From Spirochaetota bacterium (GTDB lineage Bacteria > Spirochaetota > UBA4802 > JAGODF01), in NCBI GenBank assembly GCA_035380905.1, contig DAOSYC010000003.1, forward strand, positions 2,668 to 54,043: 51,376 nucleotides of DNA, written 5' to 3'. Position numbers and translations under genes: made by a program. The notes under the pieces were generated by a model. That model made no database searches. It was not told where the DNA came from and was given only the letters and a program-made list of their open reading frames with translations. Below are positions 26,431 through 35,266 of the stretch, in pieces (position 1 is the first letter of the stretch; every line of letters starts with the position of its first letter).

Positions 26431-27879
26431 ATGAGCCTGGATATTGCAATAATTATTATATATCTTGTGGGCATTAATCTTGTAGGGTATCTGACTTCAA
26501 GAAATAATAATGTACAGGATTATTTTCTTGGGGGTAGGTCTCTTCACTGGACTATTGTCTGTTTCTCGATCGTTGCAACAGAAACAAGCACTCTTACCTT
26601 CATTTCCATACCGGGGTTGTCATACATCAGCGGCATGGGCTTTTTGCAGGTTGCATTTGGATATCTTGCAGGAAGGGTCATTGTTGCAATTTTTCTTTTA
26701 CCAAAATATTTTGAAGGAAAATTTGAAACAGTATATCAGTTTATCGATGAACGTTTTGGTGTGTCCTCCAAACGAGTTGTATCAGTGGTGTTTCATGTGA
26801 CACGTGTTCTCGCTGACAGTGTTCGCCTGTTTGCAACAGCGATCCCTATAACCGTAATGATCGGTTGGGATTACCGGTTGTCAATTCTCGTTATAGGTAT
26901 TGCGACTTTTATATATACATACTATGGGGGGCTGAGATCCGTTATAGTCGTTGATGCTGTTCAGCTTTTTTTATATATAACCTGCGCTGTAACGGGAATG
27001 TATCTTATAACTGATATGATGGGTATGTCCGCATTTTCCGTTTTTCATGCGATTCCGGCTGAAAAAATACAATGTATTTTTACCGGTTTTGATAAAGGGT
27101 GGGGTGAGCTGTTCGGGTCGTATAATCTGGTTACAGGTATTATTGGTGGAGGATTTCTTTCTCTTGCATCTCATGGTACGGATCATTTAATAGTACAGCG
27201 TGTGTTGTCCTGTAAAGATGTTCATGCGGCACGAAAAGCCATGGTTATGAGCGGTGTGTGTATCATATTTCAGTTCGCGCTTTTTTTGTTATTCGGGTTA
27301 TTTATACGGGAACTTTTCAATGGTGCGGGTTTTGAACGTGGTGATGATATTATACCTCATTTTATAGTGAATTATCTTCCAGCGGGATATCGGGGACTTA
27401 TGCTCGCGGGTATTTTTGCTACAGCAATGTCAACGTTGAGTTCAACAATCAATTCGTTGTCCTCATCAACGTTTATTGATATACTCGATATTAACCGTCG
27501 GGCTATATCTGATAAAAAGAAAATATCTATTTCACGGATGATAACGATATTCTGGACAATCATAATTGTTTTAATATCAATATTTCTTGAAAATACAACA
27601 AGTTCACTTGTGGTTATCGGTCTTTCAATTGCGTCTGTGACATACGGCGGGATGTTGGGGATATTTATTATGGGGCGTTTTGTTCAGGACTTCAGTGAGT
27701 CAGCCGCAATATCAGGGATGTTACTAAGTATAATATTAAATATATGGATCGCCTTTTTTACACAGATATTCTGGTTGTGGTATGTAACAATAGGTTTTTT
27801 TACAGCATTAATATTCGGGATAGTTATTGATCGATTAATATATATGTTGAAAAAAAATCCCCATGGTGCGGGTGATTAA
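26431..27879 (+). CDS. sodium:solute symporter (SSS) family transporter
   Basis: 482-aa protein with about 13 hydrophobic helices and an SSS-type N-terminal region (YFLGGRSLHWTIVCFSIVATETSTLTFISIPG). Confidence 0.8.
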   Translation: MSLDIAIIIIYLVGINLVGYLTSRNNNVQDYFLGGRSLHWTIVCFSIVATETSTLTFISIPGLSYISGMGFLQVAFGYLAGRVIVAIFLLPKYFEGKFETVYQFIDERFGVSSKRVVSVVFHVTRVLADSVRLFATAIPITVMIGWDYRLSILVIGIATFIYTYYGGLRSVIVVDAVQLFLYITCAVTGMYLITDMMGMSAFSVFHAIPAEKIQCIFTGFDKGWGELFGSYNLVTGIIGGGFLSLASHGTDHLIVQRVLSCKDVHAARKAMVMSGVCIIFQFALFLLFGLFIRELFNGAGFERGDDIIPHFIVNYLPAGYRGLMLAGIFATAMSTLSSTINSLSSSTFIDILDINRRAISDKKKISISRMITIFWTIIIVLISIFLENTTSSLVVIGLSIASVTYGGMLGIFIMGRFVQDFSESAAISGMLLSIILNIWIAFFTQIFWLWYVTIGFFTALIFGIVIDRLIYMLKKNPHGAGD

Positions 27880-28823
27880 CGAAGGTCTTCAATTATCTTA
27901 AGGGACGAGTAGTTTTCATCGTCATGTGTTACCAGACGGTCAAATATAAGCATAATCTCTGTACGTTCACCATTCTTAATAATAAAGTAGTATTCACCGC
28001 AAAGTTTTCTCACTAAATCAATTCCACGGCCGGTATCCGCAATCAATTCATTTATGTCTTCGCCTGTTTCCGCAGCTCTGATCATTAGATTACTCTGTTC
28101 AATCACATTGTTGATGCTTGAAAGAATTGTCTGTTTTGTTAAAATGCCGTTATAATCATTAATCGCAAAGCCGTATGCAGTATCATTTTTGGCAAAAAAT
28201 ATATCAACAAATGAGTTTTCTTTTAGTTTTACCGGTATCCGCATTTCTTTTTCTTTGGTGAATCCATGAGAATGGTACACGGCGTTGATCGCCATTTCAT
28301 TTAAAACCAGGTTGAGTATCATTCTGTTCTCAATTGCAAATCCCCAGGATAGAATCTGGTCGATGGCAGCATTGATGGCTTTTTGAATTTGAGCGGATGA
28401 TGTGATCCTGATTTTTTTCATTTCGTCAATTGTACTCATGTAATTCTGTAAACCGAAGATGTTGGTTTTGGTAATCAACTTCCCGGCAAGGTTTAAAAAT
28501 TCATCACGTTTGACGGGTTTACAAAGAACATTCCCGATACCTTCAACAAAAATTCGATTAAAAAATGTATCAATATTTTTCTCGGTTGTCATGATCGTCG
28601 GAATGTAGGGATAATGCTTGTTGATGTAATTGTAGAGGTCAAAAGCATTGTCGCCGGGAAGTTCTACTTCTGATACAATCAAATCGTATTCATATGCTTT
28701 TAGTTTTGAAATCGCATCGAAAGCCGATTCGCAAATGTGGACCTCGTAGCCGGTTTCAATAAACATTTTTGCAATGCTTTCCCTGTACACCGAAATGTCG
28801 ACAATTAATATTCTGTTATTCAT
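27876..28823 (-). CDS. receiver (REC) domain fused to a SpoIIAB/RsbW-like HATPase serine-kinase domain
   Basis: REC fold with Glu at the acceptor position (DLIVSEVELPG, E52). T and K positions are retained (IMTTEK, LCKPV). C-terminal N-box LNEMAINAVYHS and G1 box ADTGRGIDLV. The start overlaps the upstream stop by 1 nt (TAATG). Confidence 0.7.
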   Translation of the reverse strand: MNNRILIVDISVYRESIAKMFIETGYEVHICESAFDAISKLKAYEYDLIVSEVELPGDNAFDLYNYINKHYPYIPTIMTTEKNIDTFFNRIFVEGIGNVLCKPVKRDEFLNLAGKLITKTNIFGLQNYMSTIDEMKKIRITSSAQIQKAINAAIDQILSWGFAIENRMILNLVLNEMAINAVYHSHGFTKEKEMRIPVKLKENSFVDIFFAKNDTAYGFAINDYNGILTKQTILSSINNVIEQSNLMIRAAETGEDINELIADTGRGIDLVRKLCGEYYFIIKNGERTEIMLIFDRLVTHDDENYSSLKIIEDLR

Positions 28824-29536
28824 TATTGTGATTTATTTCCTGACTTGTTGATTGCCTGGCTAAGTATGTTCTTTTTTTTCTGGAGCCTGGATCGATATGT
28901 TTTGATTATTCTATCGAAATCAGTTTCGCCGGTAATAATTGCGTAGCGTTCTGATTCAATTGTACCGAGATCAGTTGTAATACGTATTTCACTCGCTTTT
29001 AAGGCATAATGTTTTGCTTTTTCCCAGTAGGGTATTGCTTCCACGTAATATGTATCCGCCACATCGAGGCTGTTTCTAATATCTTCTGCAAAATCTACAC
29101 TGTAGAAATACAGATTCCTTTTATCATAGCGATGTGCAATTTTCAGATAATTACGCATAATAAGCATGTTGATATGCATAAACATAAGATTCCGGTATTT
29201 TACATATTCTCTTTCACTTTCAATTTTTGTCAGTGCCTGTGACGGATGGCGAAAGCGGCATTGCAATGCTGTCTGAAGACGTTCAATATTTTTCCTGAGA
29301 TCATTTTCGTTGTAATATTGTTTCATCCGGTAAAGCTGATAGAAATCTTCTAAGTGGTGCGGTACTGTTTGATAATGTAGTCGTGATTTAGGTATATAGT
29401 CAGAAAATGGAGTATACCTTTTCTTTTTATGGAAGTACTGGTATTGGTAATCTTCAGCGGATGAAGACAGTGGAATAAAGATAGTAATCAATGCTATCGC
29501 AATATGTACAGTTGTTCCCGGTTTCATCTCACCCAT
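28823..29536 (-). CDS. hypothetical secreted protein
   Basis: Signal peptide (VHIAIALITIFIPLSSSAED) followed by a Tyr/Arg/Lys-rich helical region. Translationally coupled to the REC-kinase gene. I recognise no family. Confidence 0.5.
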   Translation of the reverse strand: MGEMKPGTTVHIAIALITIFIPLSSSAEDYQYQYFHKKKRYTPFSDYIPKSRLHYQTVPHHLEDFYQLYRMKQYYNENDLRKNIERLQTALQCRFRHPSQALTKIESEREYVKYRNLMFMHINMLIMRNYLKIAHRYDKRNLYFYSVDFAEDIRNSLDVADTYYVEAIPYWEKAKHYALKASEIRITTDLGTIESERYAIITGETDFDRIIKTYRSRLQKKKNILSQAINKSGNKSQ

Positions 29537-29625
29537 ATTATATCGGAATCGTTACAATTATACTATCGGATTTATTGGAATTATAGTTGAGAAACGAATA
29601 GTGTAAATAAAAAAAAGAGACGTAA

Positions 29626-31662
29626 CTAGTTAGTATATTCCTCTTTTAAGCGTAAAAATTCAGATTTGCAATCAGAGAAAGCGTTAACAATATATGGGTC
29701 GAAGTGTGTGTTTGAGCTTGTGCATATTAATTGGGATGCATATTCATGAGTAAATGCTTCTTTATAGGGGCGTTTTGTTGTTAACGCATCGTAGACATCT
29801 GCTACTGCGACAATTCTGGAAGATAATGGGATAGCGTTTCCCCGTAATCCTTCGGGATAACCACGCCCATCCCACCGTTCGTGATGATAAAACGCTATTT
29901 CCTTACCGAGGTTCAGGTACGAACGGCCACTTATTTTATTCTCCGCTTTAAGGATTGTGTTCCCCCCGATTATGGTATGTTTTTTCATAATGTTGAACTC
30001 CTCGGGTGTTAGTATACCTGGCTTATGTAGAATGGAGTCTGGGATACCAACTTTCCCTATGTCGTGCAGTGGGCAGGAGTTTACGAGATCAATTATGTAG
30101 TCGTCAGAAATATATGACTTAAATGGGCCATAATCCGAAAGTGTTCTTGCAAGCATTTCTGTATATTTCATGATTCTCTCAAGATGATGGCCTGTCTCAA
30201 TATCACGATATTCCGCGAGATTTGCCAATGAGAGAATAGTTATCTTTTGTGCCTGGTGGAGTCTTTCATATAACTCGCGAGATTTATGCTCAAGTTCTTT
30301 TCTGAGAGTAATATCTCTGGCAACGATCTGGAAATCAGTATTAACACCGGGAAAGAGGTTAATGGAAAGTTCAAGCCATAAGGTGCAGGACTTATTGGTT
30401 TGAATCATGACTTCAATGAAATCTTTTCCCGGTGTGTCATGATATGCTGAATCAACAAATCCTCTCAGCAGTATTGCATCAGAAGGAGAGAGGAGAGAAT
30501 AGATTGAAGTATTAATTATATCTGAATTTCTAAGCCTTGATTTTTCAAAAAAGGTGCTGTTTGAATAATTAATTTTTCCGGATCTGCTGCATAATATTAT
30601 CATGTCACGGGAATTTTCAACCAGGCTGCGGTATTTAAGTTCAGAACGGTAAAGGTTATCTGAGTTTTTTTGCCTGCTTAATTCTACTGCTGCAGAGTTT
30701 GTCAATGATCTGAAGTATTCGTAGTTATCCTCGATCGTGTTTTTATCAGCAAATACTGCTATTACACCTTCAACATTTTCTTCAGTTTTAAGAGGGAAAA
30801 TTGTCAGAGACATCCCCCTGAAAAGTGATACCGCTGATTTTATATTTGATTCGTTTCTCGATATATCACAGGATTTAAAAAAATCATGTATATCTTCATC
30901 ATGTGTGTAAAATAATGATTTCCCGATTTTTGAAGAAATTATAAACGGATTATCGGGGTTATTATCCCTGTTTAGCTGGATACCCTGAAGGTCTTTTCCA
31001 AAAATTGAGGTTAATGATTCATTGACCTCAGCGGGAAAAATATTGTGGAGGCACATTGAATCATTTCCAATCAAACCGAATGCTACAGCATTAGCATTAA
31101 GGTGAATGAAACCATCGACGATTCTGTTAATGCTTTCTGTAAGGTTGTGTGCGCTTTTTATCAGGTGAACAGTATTTATAAGGACGCTGAGTTTCTTTTC
31201 TTTTTCATGGAGGTCATAAATGTTTCTAATATTATGTTCTTCAAGTGCAAAGCTATAGTTTGCAATTTTTTGTTCCGCTATTTTTCTTGATGTAATATCT
31301 TCAATTGAGAGTAAGATGTTTTGAGCTTGAGATTTTTCATCCGGAATAATTGAAGTGATGAATTTGTAATTTCTTTCTTTTTTGCTGTTTGATATGGTAA
31401 CCTCCCGTGTTAATGGTTTTCCCTGGTTGAATGTTGAATAAATAATGCAATTCCCGCATGACGCATTGTTGTTTTCACTACATAAGATACCGCTACAAGG
31501 TATAGCGGTATTGTTTGCAATCTCAGGAAAAAGCTCTTTCGCTTTTTGGTTTGAATGTATGATTAATCTGTCAGAATTAATGATCGTAATAGCATGCGGA
31601 ACAGAGTTTAACAGGATATTGTTGTCAAAAATATCCGGAACATTATTGGGTACGATTGTCAT
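29626..31662 (-). CDS. multi-sensor PAS/GAF-like HD-GYP domain protein (probable c-di-GMP phosphodiesterase)
   Basis: C-terminal HD-GYP motifs HDIGKVGIP and HHERWDGRGYPEGL. N-terminal PAS-like modules, the first carrying four Cys (C56, C61, C69, C72). Confidence 0.85.
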   Translation of the reverse strand: MTIVPNNVPDIFDNNILLNSVPHAITIINSDRLIIHSNQKAKELFPEIANNTAIPCSGILCSENNNASCGNCIIYSTFNQGKPLTREVTISNSKKERNYKFITSIIPDEKSQAQNILLSIEDITSRKIAEQKIANYSFALEEHNIRNIYDLHEKEKKLSVLINTVHLIKSAHNLTESINRIVDGFIHLNANAVAFGLIGNDSMCLHNIFPAEVNESLTSIFGKDLQGIQLNRDNNPDNPFIISSKIGKSLFYTHDEDIHDFFKSCDISRNESNIKSAVSLFRGMSLTIFPLKTEENVEGVIAVFADKNTIEDNYEYFRSLTNSAAVELSRQKNSDNLYRSELKYRSLVENSRDMIILCSRSGKINYSNSTFFEKSRLRNSDIINTSIYSLLSPSDAILLRGFVDSAYHDTPGKDFIEVMIQTNKSCTLWLELSINLFPGVNTDFQIVARDITLRKELEHKSRELYERLHQAQKITILSLANLAEYRDIETGHHLERIMKYTEMLARTLSDYGPFKSYISDDYIIDLVNSCPLHDIGKVGIPDSILHKPGILTPEEFNIMKKHTIIGGNTILKAENKISGRSYLNLGKEIAFYHHERWDGRGYPEGLRGNAIPLSSRIVAVADVYDALTTKRPYKEAFTHEYASQLICTSSNTHFDPYIVNAFSDCKSEFLRLKEEYTN

Positions 31663-31696
31663 TTCTATTTATCCCCGGTTTTTACTAACTGTAACA

Positions 31697-31724
31697 ATTG
31701 TATCGATATGGCGGAAATAATCAA
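31697..31724 (-). promoter_or_regulatory. sigma70-like promoter TTGATT-N16-TACAAT upstream of the HD-GYP gene
   Basis: Read on the minus strand: TTGATT (31724-31719) and TACAAT (31702-31697), about 35 nt upstream of the ATG at 31662. Confidence 0.35.
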
Positions 31725-31790
31725 GAATAAATTCGTCCGGACGGACTTTATGCGGCATTATTTATGAAAAAATAATAATTAATAATACAC

Positions 31791-31979
31791 TTAGAGGGAG
31801 TAGGTAGGTGCTTTTTTTACTAAAATTTCTTTAATTTTGGATTCTCCGGCAGAGAAATAAATGATATTTGATTCAAGAATGGTGTATTCATTCATTAAAT
31901 TGAAAAAATCATCATCAAGGGCAAGATCAATAAGGTCTATTTCTCTTAAATTATTCTGATTGATAAAGAATGCTTTCAT
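31791..31979 (-). CDS. hypothetical small acidic protein
   Basis: 62-aa ORF with AAAGG about 8 nt upstream. It is the only ORF in a 650-bp AT-rich gap. I recognise no family. Confidence 0.3.
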   Translation of the reverse strand: MKAFFINQNNLREIDLIDLALDDDFFNLMNEYTILESNIIYFSAGESKIKEILVKKAPTYSL

Positions 31980-32315
31980 ATAATTACCTTTGTTTTAATT
32001 AGGTACTCTTTCGTGTCACTCATGTGTTGAAATTTTATGGCGTAATATATTATAATATGTATATCTGAAATGAAACAAAACTATTAATGGATAAATGAAA
32101 CTTTTTACACAAGAAGTAAGGATTAAACATGAAAATCGGAAGCATGTTTGTTTCTTATCCCGATCCTTTATTACGCAATGATAGTATAATAAAATATTTT
32201 GTCTACAATATTATCTTTTTTTTTAAAGGAAAATGAAGGTCATTTCCGTGAAATGGTTATTATTGAAATGGAGATGAGCAGGATAATAGTGTGTGGTATA
32301 TGGTGTTCAGGGTGA

Positions 32316-32873
32316 TCAGGCGAGATGTTCAATCAATATTTTGCACCCGATAGCAATAAGGATACATCCGCCAATAATGCTGGCCCCCTTACTGAAAAGA
32401 GAGCCGGCAGATTTGCCGATACGAACTCCAAGAATAGAAAACAAAGAACATACTATACCAATTATTATAGCAGGAATGATAATTGGTTTGTTGAGAATGA
32501 AAAGGCTGAATCCAACGGCCAGAGCGTCAATACTGGTTGCGATTGAAAAGAAAATCAGCATGAATCCCTTTGAAGGATCTTTTGTAATATTCTCTTCTTG
32601 TTTACATAATGAATCGAAGATCATTTTAAGACCAATGACGGAGAGAATGATAAATGCTATCCAGTGATCATAATGCCGTATTGTGTTTCCAAGAAGAGAA
32701 CCGGCGTAATAGCCCGCAATAGGCATAACGCACTGAAAAAAACCGAAATGAAATGAAAGTCTGAAATAATGACGCCATGATATATTTTCAATAATAATTC
32801 CAGCAACAATTGACACAGAAAATGCATCCATTGCAAGACTTGTTGCAATGCCGAGTATAATCAGCAGGTCCAT
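32316..32873 (-). CDS. mntP: manganese efflux pump MntP
   Basis: Duplicated MntP/DUF204 motif: GIATSLAMDAFSVSI and SIATSIDALAVGFS. Six hydrophobic helices, 185 aa. Confidence 0.85.
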   Translation of the reverse strand: MDLLIILGIATSLAMDAFSVSIVAGIIIENISWRHYFRLSFHFGFFQCVMPIAGYYAGSLLGNTIRHYDHWIAFIILSVIGLKMIFDSLCKQEENITKDPSKGFMLIFFSIATSIDALAVGFSLFILNKPIIIPAIIIGIVCSLFSILGVRIGKSAGSLFSKGASIIGGCILIAIGCKILIEHLA

Positions 32874-32876
32874 TGT

Positions 32877-33545
32877 TCAAATTTCCTTTATTGCATCAGG
32901 ATTATCAAAAGATGGTTTATTTACTTCATGCGTTACTTCATGAAAAGTAAAATCGTTACTGTCGTAACAAATCATGTGTTCCAGTAGGTCCCTGTAGTGG
33001 GTACGTTGTGATGATAGCCATAATGTGTATGATTCAGGTTTTAATATCAGGGGCATCCTGTGGTGAATGTGTGAAATCGTTTCATTGGCTTCAGTTGTAA
33101 TTATTGTACTTGAAATAATATGCTCACCATCAGGTGAATTCCATGTTTCCCATAGGCCTGCAAAAGAAAAAAGGTCTCCGGACTTTAGTTGAAAGAAATA
33201 TGGGGTTTTTGTTTTTGTCGTGGGATTGGTTTTCCATTCATAGAAGCCGTTTGCCGGAATAAGGCACCGCCGCCCGGCAAAGGAGTCTTTGAATGATGGT
33301 TTTTCGTGGAGGGTTTCTATACGGGCATTAATCAAACGGTATCCGATGGAAGCTGTTTTCGCCCATGATGGTATCAATCCCCATCGTGTTAAGGTTACAG
33401 CTGCTGGAGAGGTATTCAGTATTGTGGCTATATCCTGACCTGGAGCGATATTGTATCCCGGAGAAGGCCAGAAGCGCATATCGACATCCTTCAGGTAGTC
33501 AGGTATTTTACTTCTTGGAATTGTTAATGCAAATCTGCCGCACAT
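32877..33545 (-). CDS. SOS response-associated peptidase (SRAP/YedK family, abasic-site processing protein)
   Basis: N-terminal MCGRF with catalytic Cys2. Typical SRAP length and motifs (NARIETL, PANGFYEW, FAGLWE, HHRMPLIL). Confidence 0.9.
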   Translation of the reverse strand: MCGRFALTIPRSKIPDYLKDVDMRFWPSPGYNIAPGQDIATILNTSPAAVTLTRWGLIPSWAKTASIGYRLINARIETLHEKPSFKDSFAGRRCLIPANGFYEWKTNPTTKTKTPYFFQLKSGDLFSFAGLWETWNSPDGEHIISSTIITTEANETISHIHHRMPLILKPESYTLWLSSQRTHYRDLLEHMICYDSNDFTFHEVTHEVNKPSFDNPDAIKEI

Positions 33546-33584
33546 AGTAATAATCTATACTGTTTTTCCCGGAGTAGTATGCTG

Positions 33585-33609
33585 CCTGTAATGAAAAGTA
33601 CATTACAGG
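33585..33609. repeat. perfect inverted repeat CCTGTAATG-N7-CATTACAGG (candidate operator)
   Basis: 9-bp arms at 33585-33593 and 33601-33609, 40-64 nt upstream of the SRAP start codon. It overlaps the predicted -10. Confidence 0.5.
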
Positions 33610-33628
33610 GGCTATATAAACACGTCAA
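33600..33628 (-). promoter_or_regulatory. sigma70-like promoter TTGACG-N17-TAATGT for the SRAP-mntP unit
   Basis: Read on the minus strand: TTGACG (33628-33623), a 17-nt spacer, then TAATGT (33605-33600). The -10 lies inside the inverted repeat 33585-33609. Confidence 0.45.
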
Positions 33629-33838
33629 TGAAATAAATAAAGGTCAGGGAATGTGGGATATCGAGGAATGATCCGGATGAAGTAAATTTTATAAGATTAC
33701 TAAAATAAAATCGAAAAGCTTCCGATAGGTATTTTATACAAAAAGTTTATTTTCCGATAAAAATTTTGATATATTAATAATATCGGGTTGCAGCATGTTT
33801 TTTTGCATTCATAATATCCATGGAAAAGAGGTTGGTAC

Positions 33839-34684
33839 ATGATTAACGTAGCGGTTCCTACTGAGGTTGTGGCTATATATAATAAAGCGCTGGCTTTGTC
33901 GAATAAAGGCGATCTGGATTCTGCCATCACGGAATATAGAAAAGCAATTAAAATGTTTCCATCGTTTATAGAAGCATATAATAATATCGGTGAAATATAC
34001 TCACGAATGGGGAACAGGGACCTTGCAATTTCATCGTATAAAGAAGCACTAACTATTAATAAAAATTACAGGGTTTTGTTAAATCTTGGTGTTGAATATT
34101 ATAATAATAATGATCACAAAACAGCAATAAAATATTTTTTTGAATCATTGGCTATTAAAAGTGATTTTCTGGAAGGGAATTTTTATTCCGGGATGGCCTT
34201 TTTTAATATGAAAGATTATGCCAATGCGGAAAAATATTTTTCAAAAGTATTAAGGCTGGATAGCCGCCATGTCAAAACAAATTATCTTCTGGCATTTATT
34301 TACTACGAATGGAAAAAGTATAATGACACACTTCGGTGCCTTGATAATATTAAAGATTTTGCTGATGATAAAGTATTTATTAATAAGTATTATGGATTCT
34401 GTTATTATCATCTTGGGAGATTTGATGAAGCGTTACGGTATTTAAGTTCTGCGCTGGAACTTAATCCAAAATATGATAAGTATAAGGATTACCTGAAAGG
34501 TCTGACGTATGAGAATAAGATGAAGGAGATCGGTGATATCGATAAAAAGATACAGGAAATGGAAAAATCAATAATGAAGGACAAGCCTGGACTCAGTGAA
34601 TATACACATTTAAGCATGCTGTATATTTTTAAAGGTGAGTATAAAAAAGCCGAAAACCTTTTGATGAAAGTGAAAAATAAATGA
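33839..34684 (+). CDS. tetratricopeptide repeat protein
   Basis: Serial TPR units, for example AITEYRKAIKMFPSFIEAYNNIGEIYSRMGNRDLAISSYKEALTINKN. Confidence 0.8.
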   Translation: MINVAVPTEVVAIYNKALALSNKGDLDSAITEYRKAIKMFPSFIEAYNNIGEIYSRMGNRDLAISSYKEALTINKNYRVLLNLGVEYYNNNDHKTAIKYFFESLAIKSDFLEGNFYSGMAFFNMKDYANAEKYFSKVLRLDSRHVKTNYLLAFIYYEWKKYNDTLRCLDNIKDFADDKVFINKYYGFCYYHLGRFDEALRYLSSALELNPKYDKYKDYLKGLTYENKMKEIGDIDKKIQEMEKSIMKDKPGLSEYTHLSMLYIFKGEYKKAENLLMKVKNK

Positions 34685-34724
34685 TGTGCTGAAAAGTAAT
34701 AAGGTATTATTTATAAAAAAGGAA

Positions 34725-34757
34725 TTCCAATGCGGAGTTCCTTTTTTATATGAAGTG
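34725..34757. terminator. bidirectional hairpin terminator between convergent genes
   Basis: A6-GGAATTCC-AATGC-GGAGTTCC-T6. The 8-bp stem has one G-U pair and is flanked by A and T runs. It lies between the TPR gene (+) and the lipoprotein/panC unit (-). Confidence 0.55.
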
Positions 34758-34798
34758 AATTTATAGTCAGATAAATAACCCGGGATGTATCTTCAGGA

Positions 34799-35266
34799 TC
34801 AAAAATCTTTGAGGTCAAGTTTCCAGTACGGTCCCTCTTTAACAAAAGAAATTTCCATGCCGTTTGCAGTTCTTAGTATGCATAGCCCGGGAGATGTTTT
34901 TTTTCCGGTAATATCTGATAGCAGCACAATTCCAAAATATGTGTTTCCTGGTTTACGGTCAAGAGCAAGCTGAAGGGATACGTAGTCGACCGGGGTAAGG
35001 CTTTTAAGGGTGTTGCAGTCACTTCCAAGTTTGGAAGAAAAATTATCACATTGGTTCCGATCCATTTTTTTTATTTTTTCGAGAATAAACTGTATCTTCC
35101 TGATAGTTTCACGGGATAGCTGTGCTGTAAATGTTTCACTGTCTGAACTATTATAGGCGTCACGAAGGGATGTAAATGCCATTTCCGGTGTTACAGCACC
35201 ACGGGGAGAACATGAGAGAAATAGCATCCCCCATAGTAGTAAGGCTGTTGCGTTTAATACACGCAT
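34799..35266 (-). CDS. hypothetical lipoprotein
   Basis: Signal peptide with lipobox-like LFLSC. Overlaps the panC 3' end by 13 nt on the same strand. Confidence 0.5.
   Translation of the reverse strand: MRVLNATALLLWGMLFLSCSPRGAVTPEMAFTSLRDAYNSSDSETFTAQLSRETIRKIQFILEKIKKMDRNQCDNFSSKLGSDCNTLKSLTPVDYVSLQLALDRKPGNTYFGIVLLSDITGKKTSPGLCILRTANGMEISFVKEGPYWKLDLKDF

Noticed and set aside
33586-33608. LexA/SOS box upstream of the SOS-response-associated peptidase gene (CTGT ... ACAG).
   Set aside because: CTGT and ACAG are separated by 15 nt, not the 8 nt of the canonical gammaproteobacterial box. I do not know a spirochaetal LexA consensus that fits. It is kept only as a generic candidate operator.
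32874-33838. A yybP-ykoY manganese riboswitch, expected near mntP. The string GGAGTAGT at 33571-33578 resembles the conserved GGGGAGUAG.
   Set aside because: The match is on the plus strand, whereas the SRAP-mntP unit is on the minus strand. The minus-strand leader has no GGGGAGUAG or the paired conserved segments. mntP itself starts 3 nt after the SRAP stop, leaving no room for a leader.
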